DNA from: Candidatus Fermentithermobacillaceae bacterium
Lineage (GTDB): Bacteria; Bacillota; Sulfobacillia; Fermentithermobacillales; Fermentithermobacillaceae
Assembly: GCA_012840345.1 (NCBI GenBank)
Contig: DULO01000031.1
Span: forward strand, 26,421-90,420
Direction: 5' to 3'
DNA: 64,000 nucleotides
The notes under the pieces were generated by a model. That model saw nothing but the letters and a program-made list of their open reading frames with translations, ran no database searches and was not told the DNA's origin. Position numbers and translations under genes: made by a program. This document shows positions 9,280 through 17,597 of this stretch, one piece after another; the stretch's first letter is position 1; every line of letters starts with the position of its first letter.

Positions 9280-11247
9280 CTATGTTATCTTGGAGCGGGC
9301 CCACCGGCCCCTCTCGAGCATCACGCCGGCAAGGTCGTCTCCTTGGGAGTACAGGTGCTCTCCATAGGCCTCACAAGCGAGGCCCTCCAGGAAGGGATCG
9401 GAAAACAAACGGGAATCCCTGATAGCTTCCGCGAAATGGCGGTTGGCGGCGACAACGCTTCCGAAACGAGCCTCGGCCTCCCCCAAAGCCACGGAGGACA
9501 CTACTCTGCCTTCTTCATCGCCCAGGGCGTGAAGCGACGTCCACGCCGCGCGCGCCCTTTCCAGAAGGTCCTCTCCATTCTCTTGAAGCCTTAGCGCGCA
9601 CCTTACGGCCCACGCCTCGGCCAAGCACTCTCGCTCTCTATCGCTAAGTCCCCGGGAAAACGCCTTCACAAGCTCCAGTTGCCGCAGGGCTTCGGCGTAC
9701 GCTCCTTCACGGAACCTGACCTTGGCGATTTGCAGCCTCGTCCACGCCTCGGTGGAAGTGTCCCTACCTTCCGAAAGAGCCAGAGCCCTGTTCAGCGAAG
9801 TGACGCTCCTGCCAAGTTCGCCTTTTCGGTAAAAGGCGCGCCCGAGCCCCAATAGAGCGTGAGCCATTAGCGACTGATCTCTTAGTTTTGTAGCTTCGCT
9901 TAGGGCTTCCTCGAACTCCGCCTGGGCGTTTGTGAGCTGCCCTTTCTTAAGGAGTAAGTACGCGAGATCTATACGGGCCCGGGCGGTAAGGCCCGTGTCT
10001 CCCTCTGAAGCTCTAAGGGCTTTCTCCAGGGCTTCTTGGGCTTTTTCAGGCATTCCGAGCCTGGAGTAGAGGCCGCCGGCCACCGACAACCCCATGACAA
10101 GGTCCCTTCGCTTGGAGGTCCTTTCCCAATACGACAGGTTTCGTTCCTGGTATACCAGAGCCTCCTCTAAGTCTCCCAAGTTCGAGCATACGGTGACCAT
10201 CATTTGATACGCTACGGACCTTTGGTCGGGATCTGTCCTTAGGACGGCGTCCAGCGAAAGGACTACCTTCAACCTTTCTTTGGCTACTCTCCACCATCCG
10301 AGGCTCAAAGACTTCTCCGCCGACGCTCTGTACCAGGTCCTCGCCTTGGACAAGTCCTGGGCATCCAAATACAGCTGGGCCAAGATATCCGGGTCCGTAT
10401 CGGGGTACTTCTCCTCAAGGTACCGGGCCAGCGAACAAAGAGCCTCACGACGCGGTTCCAGCGGCACCCACGTCTTTAGGACTGAAGCCGGCACCCTTTC
10501 CGAGAGGCGGACGACCCCGTCCCCCGAAGACGTGGGGACGAGGGAAGCTATCCCTGCCGTGGACAGAGATTCCAACGCCCTAAGCACGCACTGGACGGGC
10601 AAGGCCGTGGCCGCCTCAAGGTACTCCAAAGGCACCTCCCGAAATATGCCTGCCAAACTGCCGAGAACCGCTCCCACGCGCCTTTCGGGAACTCCCAATT
10701 GGTGCTCGGGAATAAGAGCGCGGCCCTCCTGTTCCATCGTCTCGCCTTTAGCGGCCGCCTTGGACGCTTGCCACCGCGCGATAGTGTTCCGCAAGACGCT
10801 GCCCAGGCGGCGTACCTCGGCGTCAGTGAGGGTGTTGACCTCACGGTAAAAAGCGGCGACTAGATAGGGGTCGGTAAGATTCAGGGAGTTCAGGAAGTCT
10901 TCAAATGCCCCTGTATCCCGGACGTCCACGGGCTCTTGAAGCCCGTGCGTCTCCCGCGACCCGACATGCCCCGCCTCTTGGGGCTCAGGAGCGGTCGTGA
11001 CGTCTGAAACCTCCTCGTCCAAAGGCATGTAGAGGCTGGACACCGACACGTCAAGCGCCAAAGCCAGAGCGTCCTTGTGATGATCGCTCAGGTTTTCCCT
11101 CTCGCCCGAAAGGATCAATGAAAAATACGAGGGACTCAGGCCGGCCATCTCGGCCAGCTCCTTTACTTTCAATCCCCGTTCTTTCATGAGCCTCTTTATG
11201 TTGTTGCGGAAAAGCTCGCTTGACTTCATCGGCATCGCCGGCATCAC
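9280..11247 (-). CDS. XRE-family HTH + TPR-repeat transcriptional regulator
   Basis: 655 aa. The N-terminal LKVKELAEMAGLSPSYFSLILSGER is an HTH_XRE motif, and the C-terminal half holds multiple Ala/Leu-rich TPR-like repeats. The true start may be the internal MKSSELF at ~11229. Confidence 0.7.
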   Translation of the reverse strand: MMPAMPMKSSELFRNNIKRLMKERGLKVKELAEMAGLSPSYFSLILSGERENLSDHHKDALALALDVSVSSLYMPLDEEVSDVTTAPEPQEAGHVGSRETHGLQEPVDVRDTGAFEDFLNSLNLTDPYLVAAFYREVNTLTDAEVRRLGSVLRNTIARWQASKAAAKGETMEQEGRALIPEHQLGVPERRVGAVLGSLAGIFREVPLEYLEAATALPVQCVLRALESLSTAGIASLVPTSSGDGVVRLSERVPASVLKTWVPLEPRREALCSLARYLEEKYPDTDPDILAQLYLDAQDLSKARTWYRASAEKSLSLGWWRVAKERLKVVLSLDAVLRTDPDQRSVAYQMMVTVCSNLGDLEEALVYQERNLSYWERTSKRRDLVMGLSVAGGLYSRLGMPEKAQEALEKALRASEGDTGLTARARIDLAYLLLKKGQLTNAQAEFEEALSEATKLRDQSLMAHALLGLGRAFYRKGELGRSVTSLNRALALSEGRDTSTEAWTRLQIAKVRFREGAYAEALRQLELVKAFSRGLSDRERECLAEAWAVRCALRLQENGEDLLERARAAWTSLHALGDEEGRVVSSVALGEAEARFGSVVAANRHFAEAIRDSRLFSDPFLEGLACEAYGEHLYSQGDDLAGVMLERGRWARSKIT

Positions 11248-12405
11248 CTAACCCCGGTCTCTCAGAAGGATATTTGATACGGGAACCAAGAGCGTCTCAC
11301 CGGTTTCCGTCGCCACCTTAGCCCCCGGTAACAGGAGGTCGTTTTCGAGCTTCAACTCAGGCAGGATCTCCACCACCGTGCCTTCTTTCACGGCGGTTGT
11401 GAGGCCTAGGACGCTGACCCTGTCCCCAAGTCCGAGCTCTCCCAGGCGGCATACGGGTTTTTCGGCCTCCTTGGCGACGGCTCCGCCGTTCAGCGGGATG
11501 ACGACCGCGGGCTCATCCGACCCGTTTCCGCCTCCGTCTATGTAGACCGGGTTGCCCTCGCTCTCGGCCAAAAGGGCGAACGCTTCGCCGCCCATGGGCG
11601 AGTCTCCATAGCCCTCGGTTACCACCAATGCCGGTACAATCTCGCTGGGAGAAGGCTCCAAATCCCGGTTCTTGGCGTCCCTTGCCCAATATCTGGCCAG
11701 GAACTCGTCCCAGTCCAAAGACCCTGCAAGGTCCGAGTACCACTCAAATAACCCGCGGCTCACGCTGCCCGCGATGATGCCGGAAACCCTGAACCTTAGG
11801 CAAGCTTCTAGGACTTCTTTGGACACGGAACGGCCGGCAACTATCACTTTCCCCGCGTCGTCCGCCGTGAAGTCCCTGGCGCTTAACTTGTCCGACGGAG
11901 TCTTCGCCTTCATGGAAAGCACCCCCGCCCGACCGTAGCCGGCACCAACAGAAGCCTTAACCAGGTTGCCGTACGTTCTGACCCACACTCCCCTGGCTTC
12001 GTCGGTTTTCTCGACGATTCCGGGAAGGCGGCAATACAAGCTCACCGGCGCTTCCTTGATGGCAATCGAGCCTATGGAAGGAATGAGGGCTACCACTTCC
12101 CCATCACAAGGCGCTGTGTACTCGGTGTATCCCAGCCCAAAGAAGTATGAGTAGTACGCCAGCACCTCGCCGCGCTTTACCTTTTGGCCTTCTTGGACCA
12201 GAACCGTCGCCGAAAAACCTTCTCCCGACGATTCCACCCTGACTTGCCTGAGCCTTCTCCGAGAAGCGTACGTGCCTGCTAGTGTATCCCACGTGACCTC
12301 CGACCCGACGTCTACTTGGGGCTCGCCGATGGAACCAAAGGCCCTTAAGCGCACAATTGGGGTATTGCGGGCAACTCGGGGTTCGTTGAGGGCGTAAAGC
12401 GTCAT
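11248..12405 (-). CDS. Hypothetical cytosolic hybrid-barrel protein (paralog B of 2525..3937)
   Basis: 385 aa with VKRGEVLAYY...YTAPCDGEVVALI, ALVVTEGYGDSPMGGEAFALLAE and C-terminal LGDRVSVLGL...GTVVEILPEL. These blocks are colinear with paralog A. Its start overlaps the stop of the upstream GlmL-like gene (ATGA), and its stop abuts the XRE-TPR start. Confidence 0.6.
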   Translation of the reverse strand: MTLYALNEPRVARNTPIVRLRAFGSIGEPQVDVGSEVTWDTLAGTYASRRRLRQVRVESSGEGFSATVLVQEGQKVKRGEVLAYYSYFFGLGYTEYTAPCDGEVVALIPSIGSIAIKEAPVSLYCRLPGIVEKTDEARGVWVRTYGNLVKASVGAGYGRAGVLSMKAKTPSDKLSARDFTADDAGKVIVAGRSVSKEVLEACLRFRVSGIIAGSVSRGLFEWYSDLAGSLDWDEFLARYWARDAKNRDLEPSPSEIVPALVVTEGYGDSPMGGEAFALLAESEGNPVYIDGGGNGSDEPAVVIPLNGGAVAKEAEKPVCRLGELGLGDRVSVLGLTTAVKEGTVVEILPELKLENDLLLPGAKVATETGETLLVPVSNILLRDRG

Positions 12406-14132
12406 TGACCTCTCCCCCTCTCCCAGCCTGATAGAACTTGCTCGGGGAAGACGCCAAGGTTCCTGTACCAGCCTATGATTTCACGGGGAGAGATTCTCTC
12501 CAGGGTTCTAAGCTGCGGCCTGGGGCGTCCGTCCACATAAATCCGGGAAAAGCCGGGCGGAAGATCCCGCACGGTCTTTCGTCCGGGTCCCTCGCCCAAG
12601 TCTTCTTGGCGTGAAGGGTCCAACGTGATTTCCACGGCGGAACCATTTGCGATGGGAACTAACGTTATCTCGCCCATACTCACGGGCAGCTGCTCGTACG
12701 TCCCGTCCAATCTCGCCGAGGCCCATCCCGCGCCGACGCGGTCTCTGTCTTCGCCGGGGGCGACCAGGACGGCCAGAGGCAAGAGACTCTCCAGTATGTT
12801 TGCGCTTCCGGAAGGAAGCAGGCCGGCTACCTGCAGCGCGTTGCAAGTATCAAGGTAGACGCCCACGCCTCCCGCGACCTGCGCGCCGTCCATAACCAAA
12901 GACAGGACCGCTTCCCGGGAAAGGACCCGGGACAGGACGCCGGTCACGACTATCCGCCTCAAGGTAGGCATCTTCAAGAGCGTATCCCCGCCCGAGACTT
13001 CCACTTGGAAAGTCTCCCCTACCTGTCTTTGCCGGTGCACGCCGCGAAGTTCTATGGCGGTGGCCTTATGCTCGGCGATACCTTCCCTTATGGCTTCTTT
13101 CCAAACCGCGAGAAAGACCGATAACTCGTTCCAAGTGGTGGGCAAAACGTGCGGCCGGAGTACCAGGTTGCCTATGAAATCGCCCAGGTTTTCCGCCATT
13201 TGAGGGTGAGGAAGCCATTTGGCCACTTTGTTGGGGTTTACCTTGGCGACCGGGGTCACGGTTCTGGTGAACACTCCCTTGATGCCGGAGAAGACCTGCA
13301 CCGCGTCGCCGTCCAGGGACAGGCCCAAGACGTTCTCGCCCGTTTCCTCGTAGAGCCCCTCGAAAGCAAGGCCCGCCGCGTACCCCGACGGGAAGACTTC
13401 CGGCAAACCCAGCTTGCCTAGACCTTGGAACTTAGGGTCAGAGCGCACGTTTTCCGAAAACGAGCCTACGACCGCGTCGCGCGCTGAAGCTAAGTGCTCT
13501 TCCTCGAGCTTTGCCCTAACGTTGTCGGCCCAGATTATCTCGATATCCCCCAGGATCCTGGCCACTTCCTCCCGGGCTTCTTGAGAACCCGCGTAGACCA
13601 GGGGAATCCTGTCATCGCTCCATCCTTTCTTGGGCAACCCTTTGGCTAGGACTCTGGCGATGTTGAGGATCTGATGGGTTCCGGACTCCATAATTTCCTC
13701 GTCTACCCCGCCGGCCATGACGGCGACGGACACATCCTGGCGGCGCAAGTCCGAAATCCTCTCGAAATCCTGGCGGCCGTCATCGACGCAAACCAGATCG
13801 GTCACAGTGGCGCCGGCCAACAAAGCGGCTCTCTTGGCGGATTCCCCCGAGATGCCCTTGACTACTCCCGCGCATACCGCCTTGGGTTCCCCGCCTGCGC
13901 TAAGGGTCACCATGACGCCTTCATTCTCGTAAGAGGACTTGTCCTCTGACATTCGGGATCCGATGACGTCCAGTACCTCGCCCAACCCCAAAGTTCGTTC
14001 ATCTTTGCTCGCCGGCGGCGGAGTGGGACAGGAAACGCGCTCTAGCTGGACAATCCTGCCGCCCTCGATAGCCAGGGCGCGGGCTTCGGTAACCGTACTG
14101 CCTACGTCTATATGAAAGATACTCTTGGTCAT
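12402..14132 (-). CDS. GlmL/MutL-family (EutA-like) ASKHA-fold protein, paralog B
   Basis: The start is ATG MTKSIFHIDVGSTVTEARALA at 14132. This was chosen over the listed longer ORF because the ATG sits 1 nt after the upstream ATPase stop. ~576 aa, same family motifs as paralog A. Confidence 0.65.
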   Translation of the reverse strand: MTKSIFHIDVGSTVTEARALAIEGGRIVQLERVSCPTPPPASKDERTLGLGEVLDVIGSRMSEDKSSYENEGVMVTLSAGGEPKAVCAGVVKGISGESAKRAALLAGATVTDLVCVDDGRQDFERISDLRRQDVSVAVMAGGVDEEIMESGTHQILNIARVLAKGLPKKGWSDDRIPLVYAGSQEAREEVARILGDIEIIWADNVRAKLEEEHLASARDAVVGSFSENVRSDPKFQGLGKLGLPEVFPSGYAAGLAFEGLYEETGENVLGLSLDGDAVQVFSGIKGVFTRTVTPVAKVNPNKVAKWLPHPQMAENLGDFIGNLVLRPHVLPTTWNELSVFLAVWKEAIREGIAEHKATAIELRGVHRQRQVGETFQVEVSGGDTLLKMPTLRRIVVTGVLSRVLSREAVLSLVMDGAQVAGGVGVYLDTCNALQVAGLLPSGSANILESLLPLAVLVAPGEDRDRVGAGWASARLDGTYEQLPVSMGEITLVPIANGSAVEITLDPSRQEDLGEGPGRKTVRDLPPGFSRIYVDGRPRPQLRTLERISPREIIGWYRNLGVFPEQVLSGWERGRGQ

Positions 14133-14133
14133 C

Positions 14134-14838
14134 TCAGCCCTCCCGTGCCATTCCTCCGTCGTATACGCGGGTGATGCGCCCGTCGAGCATCTCCACAACC
14201 CGGTGCGCCCACCTGGTGATCGAAGGATCATGTGAAACCACGACAAAGGTCTGGCCTCTTTCTACATTGAGTCTGTGGAAGATCTCGCCGATCTCCGACG
14301 AAGTCTTGGAGTCCAGATTCCCGGTTGGCTCGTCGGCCAGCACTATCGCGGGTTGGTTGGCCAAGGCCCTGGCGATAGCCACTCGCTGCTGCTCCCCTCC
14401 GGATAGCTCTAAAGGCTTGTGATCTTGCCTTTGGCCTAGGCCTACTTGAACCAAGAGCTCTCTCGCCCGTTCAGTCATGGCCTTCTTGCTCATTCCGCCA
14501 AACCTCATGGGCAACATCACGTTCTCGAGCGCTGTGAAGTGGGCTATGAGGTTAAAGAACTGGAACACGAACCCGACCTTGTTCCGCCTGATCCGGGCCA
14601 GACCGCTTTCGGAAAGCTGGGAGTATCTCTGGCCGTCCAGGATGACATCCCCGCTCTGGGGCCTGTCTAACCCTCCCAAGAGCCCAAGGAGCGTGCTCTT
14701 GCCGCTGCCCGAGGGGCCCATCAAAACGATGAATTCGCCGCGGTCCACTACCAGGTTCACGTCGTTGACCGCGTAGATTGTCTGTCCCAAGTGAAAGGAT
14801 TTCTTGAGGTTCACTGTCCTCAGGATAGGCTCATCCAA
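14134..14838 (-). CDS. ABC transporter ATP-binding protein (MacB/LolD-type), second copy
   Basis: 234 aa with GPSGSGKST, LSGGEQQRVAIARAL and IVLADEPTGNLD. It is a paralog of 6903..7610. Confidence 0.85.
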   Translation of the reverse strand: MDEPILRTVNLKKSFHLGQTIYAVNDVNLVVDRGEFIVLMGPSGSGKSTLLGLLGGLDRPQSGDVILDGQRYSQLSESGLARIRRNKVGFVFQFFNLIAHFTALENVMLPMRFGGMSKKAMTERARELLVQVGLGQRQDHKPLELSGGEQQRVAIARALANQPAIVLADEPTGNLDSKTSSEIGEIFHRLNVERGQTFVVVSHDPSITRWAHRVVEMLDGRITRVYDGGMAREG

Positions 14839-14902
14839 TGGGAATACCCCCGCGTGGTTACTAAGTGACGCTTTTCACTATCCCGGTAGTTACTTCTTCG
14901 CA

Positions 14903-14986
14903 GGACACCCATATCCTTTCCGAGAATGCTTCGGGAACAGTAGGATCCCCTGGATAAAGGAGGTTCCCGGCAGGATACGGGTGTCC
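14903..14986. promoter_or_regulatory. Nested inverted-repeat (structured) element in the M20-ABC intergenic region
   Basis: Outer 14-bp arms GGACACCCATATCC (14903..14916) and GGATACGGGTGTCC (14973..14986) are reverse complements with 1 mismatch. Inner 7-bp arms are CGGGAAC (14932..14938) and GTTCCCG (14963..14969). The element lies in the leader of the ABC-ATPase/GlmL operon, or acts as a terminator of the M20 gene. Confidence 0.3.
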
Positions 14987-14998
14987 TCGTTCCCGTAC

Positions 14999-16204
14999 TT
15001 ATCCTTGGACTTTCTTTCTCAGGTACTCCTTGGCTTCGGCCAACAACTCGGGCTCCAGCAGGAGGTCCACGGCGCACAATGACAAGACCGAAGCGGCGTC
15101 CACGGTGGCGTCGATACCCTGGTCCGTGACGGTAGCGTCGGCCATGTCGGTCGAGTGGCCCCTGGCGTCGCCGATCCTGAAGCCGATTTGAATGGACGGA
15201 GTAACCCACGTTACGTTGCCGACATCGGTAACTCCGCCTCCGCCTCCGGTCTCCTGATTAAGCTCGTGCCCTATGTACTCAAAGTTCTTGCGGGCCAGTT
15301 CTTTCAGCACAGGGTGTTCCAGAGTGTCCCGGAATAGGTTTTCGTGATGCCGGAACTCCACGGTGGTTCCATTGGCCAACGCGGCGCCCTCCGCGCATCT
15401 CTTCACCCTGGGAATGATCACGTCCTCGAGGTAGCGCCAATCGGTGCAGCGCAAGGTGAACCTCATGACCGCCTTATCGGGGATGATGTTCTGAGCGTCT
15501 CCGCCGTGGGTGATGATGCCCGCGATCCTTACATCGTCTCTCAGGCTATGCCGGAGGTTGCGGATGGCGATGTAAGCTTGAACGCAGGCGTCTAGGGCGT
15601 TTATGCCGCCTTGAGGGTTGCCGCCCGCGTGGGCCGAGCGCCCGTGAAACGTGATCTCTATGGGGTGGGAAGCCCACGCCACGCCGCCGCCCACCGAGTC
15701 ACGCTGGCCGGGATGGGCGATAAACGCGGCGTCTATATCGTCAAAGACTCCCTGCTCGGACATGATTACTTTGCCTCCGACAGTCTCCTCGGCCGGCGTG
15801 CCCAACACTATCCATGACGGGCCGCCATCAGAAAGGCTTCCGGCAGGAATGACGGAACTGCAGGCGATGCCGGCCGCGACCGCGCAGGCCGCCATCAAGT
15901 TGTGACCGCACCCGTGTCCTATGGCCGGGAGCGCGTCGTACTCCGCCATGAACGCTATGGCAGGTTTGCCTGTTCCCTTGCGCGCGAAGAATGAGGTGGG
16001 TAGCCCCGCCAATCCCCGTTCCACCTGAAAGCCGTTCTCTTCAAGGATCCCGACAAGTTTGTCAGCCGCGAAGTACTCGTTGAGCCCCGTCTCAGGATGC
16101 TCGTAGAGGGACACCGCGATGTCAGAAACAAGAGGCCTAAGTACTTTTGCCGTCTCGACAATCTGCTTCCGAATCCGGTCTCTGTCACACGCTTCTTTTT
16201 TCAA
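14999..16204 (-). CDS. M20-family amidohydrolase / peptidase (aminoacylase-hippuricase-like)
   Basis: 401 aa with AIGHGCGHN metal-binding motif and the ArgE/DapE/ACY1/CPG2/YscS-type M20 dimerisation-domain layout. Confidence 0.75.
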   Translation of the reverse strand: MKKEACDRDRIRKQIVETAKVLRPLVSDIAVSLYEHPETGLNEYFAADKLVGILEENGFQVERGLAGLPTSFFARKGTGKPAIAFMAEYDALPAIGHGCGHNLMAACAVAAGIACSSVIPAGSLSDGGPSWIVLGTPAEETVGGKVIMSEQGVFDDIDAAFIAHPGQRDSVGGGVAWASHPIEITFHGRSAHAGGNPQGGINALDACVQAYIAIRNLRHSLRDDVRIAGIITHGGDAQNIIPDKAVMRFTLRCTDWRYLEDVIIPRVKRCAEGAALANGTTVEFRHHENLFRDTLEHPVLKELARKNFEYIGHELNQETGGGGGVTDVGNVTWVTPSIQIGFRIGDARGHSTDMADATVTDQGIDATVDAASVLSLCAVDLLLEPELLAEAKEYLRKKVQG

Positions 16205-16250
16205 TTATTTACCTCCTCCGGTCTCCGGGTCGAATGTCGGTCCCTAGGGC

Positions 16251-17597
16251 TTACACTCCCAAAAAAGTGGCCGCCAGGAGCCAAATCGCTTCTCCCCGGG
16301 TGACGCCGGTATCGCCGGCTTCTCGGGAACGCTTTAGAACCAAGGCTTTTCTTCTCGCGCATTCCTCCTCGTTTATGCTGAGATTGGAGATCACGTCCAA
16401 GCAAGCCTCCATGATGTCTTTCCTATCTACTCTCTTCGACTCACCGGAAAACCTTCCCGCCCGGCCCTTGGCAGCCATCCGCTGAGAGATGACTTGGAAC
16501 AGGCCGCGGTCGGAAGCGTCTTCGAGTTTCGAGTTTCTTTGGGCGGCGTACGGGACTCCGGCCGGAACGGACATCAGGTTTAGCTCACGGACCGTAATCG
16601 GCTTCGAGGGGCGGACCCGGTTGTCCGCGTAGGTCACTATGTATCCGGCGCGCAAGAGGGCTTCCGCCGCGGGATACAGGGGATCGTCAGGGGGCAAGTC
16701 GGTGAACTGGGACATTTTAAGAAGCTCGGAGACGGTAACGACCTCGTAGCCGTAGGCCTTCAACACCGCCAGCTGCCGCTTAAGCCCAAAAGGCGCGGGC
16801 GCTTCCGAGGACATGTTGTAACCGTCTTTGTGAAAGATTATGGAACCGTTAAGGCAGTCCGGATCGTTGGATAGAGCTTCTTCCAACGGTCGGACCATGT
16901 TTTCCACGTCTCTTTGGAAGTCGCCTGTGGAAGCCTGCCACCCGCCTCCGTCAAAGCTGGCTCCCAAGTACATGTAGCCCAGAGCACGGTACGCGTCGTA
17001 GGCGTCGTAGCCTCCCAAGATCCGGTCGATATAGTGGGGCGGCCTGCCCAGCTCCATTTTCACGCCGCAAAGGGACAAGACGAAGTCATCCAGCGCCCTA
17101 AGGTCCTCTACCACCGCGTCGAAACTTGGGAGAAACCCGCGGAACGCGTAAGGGTACTTGTTGGGGCCAAAGGCGGCGTGGCTGAACCCGTGGTTGGAAA
17201 GCTGGTGGCCCTCGGCGACTATGCGTTTCACGAGGTCAGGCTGGTTTACGGCGCCTCCAAGGTGGTCTTGCCCAAACTCAGGATAGTGGTCGTACCTTAC
17301 CCCATTCCAGTACGGGCCGCCGTTCTTCCCTTTCGTGTCCGGATACTTGAACTTGGTGGAGCCGATAATGTCAAAAGTGCCCTTAGCGCCAGCTTCCTTA
17401 AGCGTCTCAAGGATGGATAAAGTGAGAGGTTCGGGCCCCGGCCGGGCGGGGCCCGCGCAAGGCCCGTCGTCAAAGGTTATGGCCACTACCCTCCGCCCGG
17501 GCACGGGAGCCACCCGGTCTATCCTTCTCACCGGGCCGATTTTCTGCGACAGGCGGTAGTTCTTCAGTTTTCTGTATATTTCTCTAGGCCCTTGCAT
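16251..17597 (-). CDS. Polysaccharide deacetylase (NodB/CE4 domain) protein with C-terminal SLH-like segment
   Basis: 448 aa. AITFDDGP...TFDIIG is a NodB motif. A C-terminal FTDLPPDDPLYPAAEALLRAGYIVTYADNRVRPSKPITVRE resembles an S-layer-homology motif. Confidence 0.65.
   Translation of the reverse strand: MQGPREIYRKLKNYRLSQKIGPVRRIDRVAPVPGRRVVAITFDDGPCAGPARPGPEPLTLSILETLKEAGAKGTFDIIGSTKFKYPDTKGKNGGPYWNGVRYDHYPEFGQDHLGGAVNQPDLVKRIVAEGHQLSNHGFSHAAFGPNKYPYAFRGFLPSFDAVVEDLRALDDFVLSLCGVKMELGRPPHYIDRILGGYDAYDAYRALGYMYLGASFDGGGWQASTGDFQRDVENMVRPLEEALSNDPDCLNGSIIFHKDGYNMSSEAPAPFGLKRQLAVLKAYGYEVVTVSELLKMSQFTDLPPDDPLYPAAEALLRAGYIVTYADNRVRPSKPITVRELNLMSVPAGVPYAAQRNSKLEDASDRGLFQVISQRMAAKGRAGRFSGESKRVDRKDIMEACLDVISNLSINEEECARRKALVLKRSREAGDTGVTRGEAIWLLAATFLGV

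Noticed and set aside
14132-14246. Longer N-terminus (MSWFHMILRSPGG...) for GlmL-like paralog B
   Set aside because: It would overlap the upstream ABC ATPase by 112 nt. The ATG at 14132, 1 nt after the ATPase stop, aligns with the N-termini of the other two paralogs.
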